A stretch of DNA of 64,000 nt from the NCBI GenBank assembly GCA_026770705.1, contig JANJGN010000021.1, positions 88,970,001 to 89,034,000 on the forward strand, read 5' to 3'. Source of the stretch: Isurus oxyrinchus (taxonomy: Eukaryota). Below the pieces are notes generated by a model that saw only the letters and a program-made list of their open reading frames with translations, did not search any database and was not told the origin of the DNA. Of the stretch, positions 39,101 to 50,402 are shown in pieces. The first letter of the stretch is position 1, and each line of letters starts with the position of its first letter. The position numbers were made by a program, and so were the translations under genes.

Positions 39101-40357
39101 AACTATAGAATGGATAGCCATAGAATGGATAACTATAGAATGGATAACTATAGAATGGATAACTATAGAATGGATAGCCATAGAATGGATAACTATAGAA
39201 TGGATAGCCATAGAATGGATAACTATAGAATGGATGGCCATAGAAAGGATAACTATAGAATAGATAGCCATAGAATGGATAGCCATAGAATGGATAACTA
39301 TAGAACGGATAGCCATAGAAAGGATAGCCATAGAATGGATAACTATAGAAAGGATAGCCATAGAACGGATAACTATAGAATGGATAGCCATAGAATGGAT
39401 AACTATAGAATGGATAACTATAGAATGGATAACCATAGAATGGATAGCCATAGAATGGATAACTGTAGAATGGATAGCTATAGAATGGATAGCCATAGAA
39501 AGGATAGCCATAGAATGGATAACTATAGAATGGATAGCCATAGAAAGGATAGCCATAGAATGGATAACTATAGAACGGATAGCCATAGAATGGATAGGCA
39601 TAGAATGGGTAACTATAGAATGGATAGCCATAGAATGGATAGCCATAGAATGGATAACTATAGAATGGATAGCCATAGAATGGATAACTATAGAATGGAT
39701 AACTATAGAATGGCTAACTATAGAATGGATATCTATAGAATGGATAGCCATAGAATGGATAACTATAGAATGGATAGCCATAGAATGGATAACTATAGAA
39801 TGGATAACTATAATATGGATAACTATAGAATGGATAGCCATAGAATGGATAACTATAGAATGGATAACTATAGAATGGATAGCTATAGAATGGATAGCTA
39901 TAGAATGGATAACTATAGAATAGATAGCCATAGAATGGATAACTATAGAACGGATAGCCATAGAATGGATAACTATAGAATGGATAGCCATAGAATGGAT
40001 AACTATAGAATGGATAGCCATAGAATGGATAGCCATAGAATGGATAACTATAGAATGGATAACTATAGAATGGATAACTATAGAATGGATAGCCATAGAA
40101 TGGATAGCCATAGAACGGATAACTATAGAACGGATAGCCATAGAATGGATAACTATAGAATGGATAGCCATAGAATGGATAACTATAGAATGGATAGCCA
40201 TAGAATGGATAACTATAGAATGGATAGCCATCGAATGGATAACTATAGAATGGATAGCCATAGAATGGATAACTATAGAATGGATAACTATAGAATGGAT
40301 AGCCATAGAATGGATAACTATAGAATGGATAGCCATAGAATGGATAGCCATAGAATG
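36131..40357. repeat. 15-bp satellite, about 282 units of two monomers (AACTATAGAATGGAT / AGCCATAGAATGGAT)
   Basis: Perfect 15-bp register with no indels over 4.2 kb. Confidence 0.99.
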
Positions 40358-41994
40358 CCTGGCTCAAAAACTTTACTGGTAATTTAATGCCATTTCATTG
40401 ATGACGCACCCAATGATTTCACGTATCCACATACATTATTTTTGCTCATCCCAGTATACACTGCATATCCATGAGATAGAAAAAGTGGAAAGCAGATTTG
40501 AAGACTAGAAAGTTAATGTCCTCTTTCAACTGCTGAGTTCAGAGATTGGAAGCTCACTGAATACAAATGAACCTTGCTGTCAGCATTTGAGTCAGCCATT
40601 TAAGTGTCTCCGTAGCACTCTGCGGGGTCCGGGTTGACTATGTGTACCAGTCCCATGTGTATAGTAATGCATGACCAGCTGAACATGCAAATGAAAAGTA
40701 CTGTAAATAGGCTGTATGTTTGTGGCATGGTTATGACTTGCGAAAAGGTAGGAGAAGACTGGAGGAGTGCTGCTAAATGAAAAGGCATCTATCGTATTAT
40801 TTAATTTGACATCCATTATGTCTTACAGCATCAGGCAAAATGAAAAAGAGGATCCTGGGTTAACATGTGAAATGGGTACAATTCCAATGCCCAGAAGTCA
40901 CAGGTCAGCCATCAACTGGAGTATTGTGGTCAGGTTTGGTCACAGTCATATAAAGGGATTTTCCAGGTTGGTGCAGAGGAGGAGACAGCTGTTTGGTTTT
41001 AGATGGAAGACCCAAGAGGTCTTCCAAGATAGGCTATGGCTGATGAAAGATCCCCCTGATGAGGTCTTTAGGGGGGTGTATAACAAAATTAACAAGGCAG
41101 AGCAACTGTGAGGCATAAGGTTAGACAAATACCAGGAAGTTTTTTTTTATATAGAATTCTGTCAACAGTTGGAATCGGGTATGTCGAAAGATGGATGAGG
41201 ATGAGACATTGGTTTTATAGAAGAAACAGTGATGATGATGAAGGGATGGTGGGTCTGATACTTCCAAATATATTAATGGGAAAATGATTTCCAACCCAAA
41301 GTGGTTTGTGATCTTGTGACCCTGACTGACGGATGAATCTTTATTTCTCTGGCATGGTTCCCTAATGTAAGGCTGATCCTCACTGCATCAATAAATATAA
41401 ACAGACCATTCACAACAAGTCTCACATCATTTCAACATTGTGTAGAGTCATGGGGATCCCAGGAGCGGTATTTCCATGTTGCTGCAATGTAATACCTTGT
41501 GCACTATTCCAAAGCCACTCATAAGCATTTAAAATAGTTTGGAACATTTTTCTCTTAGTTTAGGAGACTGCTGATCACTTGATAGGATGGGAGAATCCAG
41601 CCGAAAGTCAGATTAGCCTAAGTGAAGATACAGCCAATAACATGGGATCCAAGCTCAGAGAAGTTACCTGTACCACCAGTGAAAGGGAAAGGGATTAATG
41701 TCAGTACAGAAATGGTCAGTCACACATGGGTTGGGGAGGAGGTACAGAGTAACAGTGTGGGACAGCAGGATTAACATCAGTACAGGTAAACAGTACTGTA
41801 ATAAAGGGAGTTGAGGGTGTGTGGGAGTTAGTGGTGACTATAAGAGAGCGGGATTGATGCTAGTACAGGTACTTTCAGTGAAACAATGGGCTGGAGTTAC
41901 TAAGTGACAATGCAAGAGCAGAATTAACATCAGCACTGTAGAAATACAGTCAGTAAGAAAGTTTTCTCCAAACTTCTGCTTTTATTTTCCAAAT

Positions 41995-42405
41995 AAAAGG
42001 TGTTGCTATGGACAACCACATGGGTCCTCGTTCTGCCTACCTTCTTGTGGAACATTCATTACCCCAGTCCCATTCCGGTCCCCTCCGTCATCTTTTCCGG
42101 TTCATTGCTGACTGCATTGTGCTGACTGTTATTCTTTCCATGAACTGGAAAACTTCATTGACTGTTTCCAATTTTCTCACTTGTCGCACGTTCACCTGAT
42201 CCATCTCTGAATCTTCCCTTCCCTTCCTCAACTGCTCTGTCTTCACTCCTGGGGGTAGGCTGTCTACTAATATTCATTATAGGCTCCCACAACTACCTTG
42301 ACTACACTTGCTCACATCCTGCATCCTGTAAGGGCTCCAATCCTTTCTTCCAGTTTCTCCGTATATGTTGCATCTGTTGATAGAACCTTCCACACTAGCA
42401 CTTCT
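41995..42405 (+). mobile_element. Penelope-like RT fragment
   Basis: QIKGVAM..HMGP..AYL, matching QIKDVDMGTHMSPSYACLF in 55485-56570. Confidence 0.7.
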
Positions 42406-42409
42406 GATT

Positions 42410-43032
42410 TTTAAGAATTCATTCACAGGATGTGGGCTTTGCTGGCTGGGCCAGCATTTATTGCCCATCCCTAATTGCCCTTGATAAGGTGGTGGTGAGC
42501 TGCCTTCCTGAACTGCTGCAGCCCATGTGGTGTAGGTACATCCACAGTGTTGTTAGGAAGGGAGTTCCAAGATTTTAACCCAGTGACAGTGAAGCTACAG
42601 CGATATATTTCCAATTCAGGATGGTGAGTGGCTTAGAGGGAAATTGTAGGTGATGGTGTTTCCATGTGCCTGCTGCCCTTGTCCTTCTAGGGTGGTAGCA
42701 ATTGTGGGTTTGGAAAGTGCTGCCTAAGGAGCCTTGGTGAGTTGCTGCAGTGCATCTTGTAGATGGTACACACTGCTGCTACTGTGCATCGGTGGCAGAG
42801 AGAGTGAATGTTTGTGGAAGGGGTGACAGTCAAGAGCGTTGATTTGTCCCGGACGGTGTCAAGCTTCTTGAGAGTTGTAGGAGCTGCACTCATCCAGGCA
42901 AGTGGAGAGTATTCCATCACTTGTGCCTTGTAGATGGACAGGCTTTGGGGAGTCAGGAGTTGAGTTACTCAGTGCAGGATTCCTAGCCTCTGACCTGCTC
43001 TTGTAGCCAACTATAGGATATGGCTAGTCCCT
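42410..43032 (-). mobile_element. L2/CR1-clade LINE 3' fragment
   Basis: MEYSPLAWMSAAPTTLKKLD...AAVCTIYKMHCSNSPRLLRQH on -. Confidence 0.88.
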
Positions 43033-43929
43033 TCACTGAGATTACTCTCAATGTCCTTTATAATACATAGAAGGGAAGGCCAGCTGAGCCTGCAAGTTCA
43101 GCAATGTCCCACAGAGCGCCAAGTACAATGCTGGGCATTAATATGAACATTCAATAAAAAAGTGAATGCAAAAACACGTTGTTTCTTCCACAATAAAGCA
43201 ATGTGCCTACCTCCCCTGTAAACAATGCATCCAACCATGTGTCTATGCCAGCATATTTTGCTTTCTGACTGAGCCAGTCTGAACAAATAACAATGATGCA
43301 CATAGGAATAAAGCGAAACCAACGTAATGTGAAATATTTACAAGCAACATTTAATTTTAAAAGCACCTGTGCCACCCTTGTGCCCCCAGGTCTTATGGTA
43401 ATTACAATGGATTTGGACAAGAAAGTCGTAGCCCTGATGCAGAGCCTCCCTGTTTGACCAGGAGATTCTTGAATATGCCACCTGGAGAAAAGCTACCCCA
43501 ATTACTAAATCAAAGCTGTTTCACACGCACATGGTTGGCACTTAGAATTTTAATTCTAATCGCGTGGGGAAAGGCAAAAAGAGAGAAAGTGGAAACAGTG
43601 CACAGTTCTGGTTACCACACATGCGTCAGTAAAATCCAGCTAATAGATTTCTTTCCATGCCTGCTCTTGCTCCATTTACTGACACCGCAACAGCAGGGGT
43701 CGAACTCGCCGCACATGGTCGCAGTGCCTGTGAAGTCACTGAGAAATTTTATATCAGTTGTTCTTCACACTGCCACCCAGTGGTGTCACTAGGAAATGCT
43801 ACTCAATGCTTAAAGTGCTGGTCATGTGACTCAAACTTAAATACACGAATCTAGCAAATTAGTGTGTGCTTTGAGTGTATTTCTACTGGAAGTTTAATAA
43901 TGAGAAGGAGTTGAAAGTTTTAAGATATG

Positions 43930-45408
43930 GAAATTTCCGAGGCACTGGTGGATAATCTTCCAGTCTTCCTTAGGCACATGGAGGACTAGAGAATTGTGAA
44001 TGTTATGCCCTTGCTCAAAAAGGGGTACAAGGGTAATGCCTGCAACTACAGACCAGTCAGTTGAACTTCAGTGGTGGGGAAACTCCTAGAAAATATATAC
44101 TTCGGGACAAATCAGTAGTCACTTAGGAAAGCCAGCCTGGATTCATTCAGGGAAAATGATATTTAACTAATTTGCTGAAGTTTTTTTGAGGAGGTAACAG
44201 AGAATGTTGATAAAGGCAATGCTGTTGATGTGGTGTATATGGATTTTCAAAAAAACATTTGATACAGTGCCACACAACAGACTTATGGGCAAAATTCTAG
44301 CTCATGGAATAAAAGGGAAAGTAGGCACTTGAATAAGAAATTGACTGAGTGGCAGGAAACAGAAAGTAGTGATAAATGATTGTTTTTCGGGTTGGAGGAA
44401 GGTTTGTAGTAGAGTTCCCCAGGGTTCAGTTTTGGAACCCTTGCTCTTCCTGATATAAATTAATAACCAAGACTGTGGTGTGCAGGGCATGATTTCAAAA
44501 TTTGTGGATGATAGGAAGATTGGAAGCATTGTCAACTGTGATGAGGATAGCCTTGAAATTCAAAAGGATATAGATATATTGGTGGATTAGGCAAACAAAT
44601 GGCAGATGGTGTTCAACCCAGAAAAGTGTGAGGTGATTCATTTTAGCAGGAAGAATGTGGAGAGACAGTATAAAATAAAGGGAGAAACTCTAAAGGAGGT
44701 GCAGGAACACAGGGACCTCCATGCATATGTACATAAGTCATTGAAGATGGCAGGGCATGTTGAGAGAGCAGTTAATAAAGTATATGGTATCCTAGGTTTT
44801 ATTAATAGGTACAAGAGTAAGGAGGTCATGTTGAACTTGTATAAGACACTAGTTAGCCCTCATCTGGAGTACTGTGTCCAGTTCTGGGCACCATACTTGA
44901 GGAAGGATGTGAAGGCATTGGAGAGAGTACAGAGGAGATTCACAAGAGTGATTCCAGGAATAAACAACTGTAGCTATGAGGATAGATTGGGGAGGTTGGA
45001 ACTGTTTTCCTTTGAGAAAAGAAGGCTGAGAGGGTATTTGATAGAGGTATTCAAGATCCTGAGGGGTATGGACAGGGTAAATTGTGAGAAACGGTTCCCA
45101 CTCAAGAGAGCATCAACAACTAGAGGTCACAGATTCAAAGTGGTGGGCAAAAGGAGTAGAAGTGATATGAGGAAAGTTTTTTTCACCCAGAGAATGGATG
45201 GAGTCAGGAACAAACTTCCTGAAGGGGTGGTGGAGGCAGGTTCAAATGAGATATTCAAAAGGGAATTGGATGGCTATCCAAAAAGAAAGAATGTGCAAGG
45301 TTATGGGGCTAAGGCAGGGGGGTAGGATTGGTAGAGTGCTCCTTCAGTGAACCTGTGCATACTCGATGGGCCAAATGGCCTCCTTCTGCACTGTAAAGAT
45401 TCTGTGAC
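43930..45408 (+). mobile_element. CR1 LINE, 5'-truncated
   Basis: NYRPVS, MDFQK, PQGSVL, KFVDD, 239-aa ORF with LVSPHLEYCVQFWAPYLRKD. Confidence 0.92.
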
Positions 45409-45963
45409 CCGGAAACTCCTTGAAGCAGCAAAAGAATAAAAACATGAGGTTTGTAATGGGCAAGAAGACATATTTTGCTTCATTGTTCTTTATAATAGTT
45501 TTGGAGTCAGAGCTGCTGATAAAATTTAACACCATTACAATGCCAAGATTTGCAGATATCAATAAAATGTGAAAGATTCAGCAGTGAAATAGTTAAGAAT
45601 CTAATAGTCCAGCTCATACATTCAGCTGAACCTGTGGTTTAATTTTTTTTTGGGATGGGGGTGGGAGAGTTGGTGATGTTAGATTCATCTGCACCTCTAT
45701 AACAACAATTGCATCACATTTTCAAGTCATTTTTATCTTGATCAATCCTTTTTAAGCAGACTTAATGTGTAAATGCAGATCATGGAGTTCACATTTAAAA
45801 ATTTGCAACTCAATGCAATGCTGGTAATATCAAAGGCAATTTTTACCAATGGTCACTTCCTCTGCTGTCTGCTCACAACCACCGGCTGCTACACTCAATC
45901 ACACGTGCTAAATGGGCATCCATTTCATTTGGCTTATTATCTAGTTACTGTGATGTTGGAAAT

Positions 45964-46039
45964 ATGGGCAGAGAAATTAATCACCGCTTTAAATTCAGCG
46001 CCCTTTGGCTTTCCATTAATTACTTTGTTTCCATCTCTG
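45964..46039 (+). CDS. Ig-V gene copy A, exon 1 (signal peptide MGREINHRFKFSALWLSINYFVSIS)
   Basis: ATG, 25 codons + 1 nt, GTAAGT donor at 46040; phase 1 matches the V exon; same length and donor position in paralog at 57528. Confidence 0.85.
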
Positions 46040-46869
46040 GTAAGTTCTTTCACCTTTACTATGAGAACAATTCTATTCTAAGTTGGCTTGATTCTGTATG
46101 ACTGTTTTGTTAAGGGCGTTCACTCAGAGCTGGAGTTCAATCACTCACTGATTTCGTGAGCGAAGCTCTTAGTTACATAACATCTTTAGACACATTCAGC
46201 CGGGGTCCTGTGAACAGGTAGATTCACCGTCACCACCTGTCCTTCAGTTAATGTTGGACAAAGGCTTTCCTCAACTTTTACATGCAGTTGGGATTTATTA
46301 CTAAATAAACTAATCTTTCAGGAGCCTTAATTTGACGAATATTTATTTATTAAAATGTCAAATGTTCACCTCTGTGTTGCAACGTATGTAACAGTGTTAG
46401 ATTGGATAAATTGGACTTACAAAGTCTTTACTTATTGGTTATAACAATGAATTTCAATGAATTTACAATACATGAATAGGACACTTGGCCAAACAAGTCT
46501 AAACCTATAGCTCCTCACAAACTCTCCCACGTCTTTTCAGTTTATCTCACCCTATCAATGTAAACTTTTATAGTATTCCTTTCCCCCACTTACACATCTT
46601 CCCCTTAAGTGCTGCTCTCAGATCAACTACTCCAAAGTGGCAGCCAGATCCATTTTCTCACAGTCTCTTGTGCAATGCTTTTCCCCCTCTATTTGAGATG
46701 ATTTACTAGGATGACTATTTAATTGTTAATGTATAAAATGCAGCTATTAAGGTCTGAAATGTGCTGCCTGAGAAGATGGTAGAGTCAGGCACAATGGACC
46801 TAATGGCCTCATTCTGCACATTATGAATCCATTATTCTATAGCTATAAGCTCTCTGGTTGGTTGTCTTT

Positions 46870-49330
46870 CAATCATAAAATCATAGAAAGTTATTTCAAG
46901 AAGTGAGGCTGTTCAGCCTATCATGTTTGTGCTGATCGAATAGAGCTATTCAGTCTAATCCCATTTCCAGGTCTTGGTCTGTAGCCTTATAGACTACAGC
47001 ACCCCAAGTGCATATTCAATTATTTTTAAACATTATGAGCGTTTCTATCTCTAACATATTTTCAAGCATTGAGATCCAAACCCTCAATACCCTCTGGGTG
47101 AAAACATTTCTCTTCAACTCCCCACTGATCCCTCTACAAACTCCTTTAAACTTGTGTCCTCTAATAATTGACCTTTCTGCTAAGGGAAGTAGCTCATTCA
47201 TTTCCACCCCATCTAAACTCCCCACAATTTTACACTCCTCAGTTAAACCTCCACCATCCCCCTCTTCCCTGCCACACCCTCCCATCCAAACACTCTTCTG
47301 CTTTAAAGAAAACAAGCGGAGCCTATTCAATTTTTCCTCACAGCTAACATTCTCCAGCCCCAGCATCATCTTCATGAATCTCCTTTGCACCTTTTCTGGA
47401 TTGATCACACCCTGTAATGCAGTGACCAGAACTATATGCAATACTGTAGCATTGGCCTAACTAGGGCTTTATACAGTTCTAGCTGCTATTATTTCCTGTG
47501 CCTCAACTAATAAAGTATCCCATAGACCTTCTTAATCACTTGATTGACCTGTCCTGGTGTCTTCAGGAATCCATGGGCATGTACTCCAAGGTCACTCAGT
47601 TCTACACTTCCCAGTAGCAAAGCATTTCTTATCTATTCCCTTGCTTTGTTTGCCCTCCCAGACGAATTCCTCACACTTCTACAGGTTAAATTCCATTTTC
47701 TACTTCTCTGCCTGACTGGCCAGATATATTTCTGCATTTAATAAAAACAAAAAAACTGCAGATGCTGGAAATCCAAAACAAAAACAGAATTACCTGGAAA
47801 AACTCAGCAGGTCCGGCAGCATCAGCGGAGAAGAAACGTCAACTCTTTTCTTCTCCGCTGATGCTGCCAGACCTGCTGAGTTTTTCCAGATATTTCTGCA
47901 TTTCACAGCTTTCTCCCCTCACAATCAACCGCACCGCCAATTTGGTATCATCCGTAAGCAGCTTAACCATGCATCCTAATTTATTTCTAAGTATTTGATG
48001 TATGCCATAAAGCGCAAGGGTCCCTATACTGAGTCCTGCCGAATCCCATTGGAAACAGCCTTCCAGTCACACAAAGGCCAGTTGGCAACTTTCTTCCTGT
48101 CACTGAGCCACTTTTTGATCCAACATGCTACTGGCCCATAGACCCCGTGGGCTTTTAGTTTTCTGGCCATTTTACCATGTGGGACTTATCGAATCATAAA
48201 ATAGTGACTGCACTAAAGGAGGCCATTCAGCCCTTCATATCCATACTAGCTTTTTGCAACTCACCAAGCCCCACTCTGCACATTTAACCCGCAGCCCAGA
48301 AATTCTTTTTTCTCTCCAGGTCATTATCTGATTGTCTTTTGAAGGCTTTTGTTGAATCAGCCTGCACCACATCCCGGGCAGTCCATTCTATTCAGAGCCA
48401 CTTATGTTTTAGAAAGGTTTTCCCTCATGTCTCTGTTACATATTTTCCCGATTACCTTATATCAGTGTCTCCTGCTTCTCAAGCCTTCTGGCAATGGGAA
48501 TAGATTTTCCACATCTACTCTGTCCAGATCCTTCACGATTTTGAACACCTCGATCAAATTTCTTTTCAACTTTTTCTTCTGCAAGGAAAACATTCCAACC
48601 TTCTCCGATCTATCTGCCTGACTGAAATTCCTCGTTCCTAAGACCACTCTCAAAAGTATTTTCGATATTCTCTCTCTGAAAGGTGCCTCATTGTAATTAA
48701 CCTGTTTTTGTTATCTATGTCACTACTTATAGCTCCCGTATGATTCATTAACCGTTTTATTAACGTACCTGTCACCTTCAGTCATTTGAGCACCTAGACC
48801 TCCGATGCCTCTCCTGCTGCATCCCCACTGGAACTCTTTCATTTACCTCGTTCTTCCTACTGAGGTAAATTGCTTCACAATTTTCTGCATTAAATTTTAC
48901 CTACCACATGTCTGCTGACTTCACCATCCTGTTTATATCCCCTTGAAGATTCCCGCTATGCCCCTCGCACTTCAATAATCCCAAACTTTGTCACACCTGT
49001 AAATATTGAAAATGTGCCATGTACAACCAAGTCTCGGTCATTAATAAATATCAGGAAAAGCAGGGGCCTTAACGTAAGCTCGTGGGGAGACCCCACGATA
49101 TGATCTTCCTTCAGCGCAAATACAAAATGTATATAATTCACCTGTTTTCTGTAACTCAGCCCCCATTTCGTATGCTTACTGCTGCTGCGCCTTTTATTCC
49201 ATCGGCCCCAACTTTGCTGACAAGCGTGAACTTGTTAAAATCAACGTTAACTATGTCAGTCAACAACTCTCCTTGCTTCCGCCTCAAAAATAAATCCGAA
49301 CAAGTTGGTCAAGCACCTTCCCTTAACAAA
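46870..49330 (-). mobile_element. Several degenerate CR1 fragments in intron 1 of copy A
   Basis: Minus-strand EKVQRRFMKMMLGL, NVFTQRVLRVW, RNLIEVFKIVKDLDRVD, RPLLFLIFIND. Confidence 0.75.
47740..47889. mobile_element. Fold-back Penelope-like terminus with 14-bp TSD
   Basis: ATATTTCTGCATTT at 47726-47739 and 47890-47903; about 43-bp inverted arms. Confidence 0.85.
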
Positions 49331-49332
49331 TG

Positions 49333-49465
49333 AAAGCAAAATACTGCAGATGCTGGTGACCTGAGATAAAAACAGGAAATGCTGGAAAAACGCAGCAGGT
49401 CAGGCAGCTTCTGTGGAGAGAGAAACTGAGTGAATGTTTCAGCTCAAGTACCTTTCTTCAGGACG
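49333..49465 (-). mobile_element. Penelope-like terminus shared by both gene copies (also about 58472-58605)
   Basis: aaagcaaaatactgcagatgctgg...; copy B reverse complement reads CUGAAGA-A-AGGUC(CUU)GACCU-GAAA-CAUU. Confidence 0.8.
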
Positions 49466-49713
49466 GTTTTATTTCCCTGAACAAATCCTTGCTGACTGTC
49501 CGTGATTCAATCGGTGTCTTTCTAATTGCCGATTGATCCTGTCCCACAGATTTTCTTTCCAGTCAAGTGTCTTTTTTGCTGATGCTGCAGGTATTTATTT
49601 TTTATTTGAAACCAATGCGGTGTTTTATAACCAGCCTCCTGTGTGCAAACTGTGACTCGGCATTTAAACTGTTCCTTCCCAAAGCTGATTCCTTGTTTTT
49701 GGTGTTGTTGCAG

Positions 49714-50106
49714 CATCTGAGAGCGGTGTTACTGTGAGGGTCCAGCAGAGAGAATTGAAAGAGACCGTGACCCAATCTGTCCTTCTCCCTGTCTCCTACT
49801 CCACACTCACACCCTACTCCGCCTTAAAGATGCAGTGGCGTCTGTTCCCCAGAGAAATCCCATTTATGACACTGACCCGATCAAGCTGCTCCCGACACCC
49901 TGACAGACCCGGTTATAACTGTTCAGATCGCACGGAGACCGCTCCTTCCAACCGGCACCGAGTTCACCTCTACCCGGGGAATGGATCCTTGTTGCTGCGG
50001 GATTTACAGCCCAGTGACAGCGGCGTCTATGTGATATCTGTTTATGCTTTTGGTGAGAATGCAGCCAGGGAAGACATTGTGACTTTAACCGTCTATAACC
50101 AGACAG
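49714..50106 (+). CDS. Ig-V gene copy A, exon 2: CD2/CEACAM/HEPACAM/VSTM5-type V-set domain
   Basis: Acceptor ttgttgcag, 393 nt phase 1-1, donor GTAAGA; SVLLPVSY...QW...RVHLYPGNGSLLLRDLQPSDSGVYVISV...VTLTV. Confidence 0.93.
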
Positions 50107-50150
50107 GTAAGAGCTCAAAAAAAATATATATATAAGATATATATATATCT

Positions 50151-50181
<31 letters not shown>

Positions 50182-50402
50182 AGAGCTCACACTGTTTTTA
50201 TCGCATTATTCCTCGGTGCTGTTTGTTTGTTAATAAATGAACATGTTTCAACTGCACCTTCCTTGTCCCTGTCGCTTCGAGTTGAATTGAATAATGTGAA
50301 CAATTTGATAAAGAATTATTAACTTGTTTTTTGAATCTAATGGAGTGGGCGGTGGGAGTTTGAATGGTGTTGTGGTAATGTCACTAGTGATCTGGAGCCC
50401 CA

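Noticed and set aside
36131-40357. CRISPR-like array
   Set aside because: No unique spacers, no cas genes, vertebrate context
36116-40387. 1423-aa and 1412-aa ORFs as real genes
   Set aside because: They are fully explained by a 15-nt stop-free monomer, and other frames are also open for hundreds of codons; kept only as a low-interest finding
49714-50106. Rearranging Ig/TCR/NAR V segment
   Set aside because: No canonical Cys pair, the G strand is encoded in the same exon, and no heptamer/nonamer RSS follows
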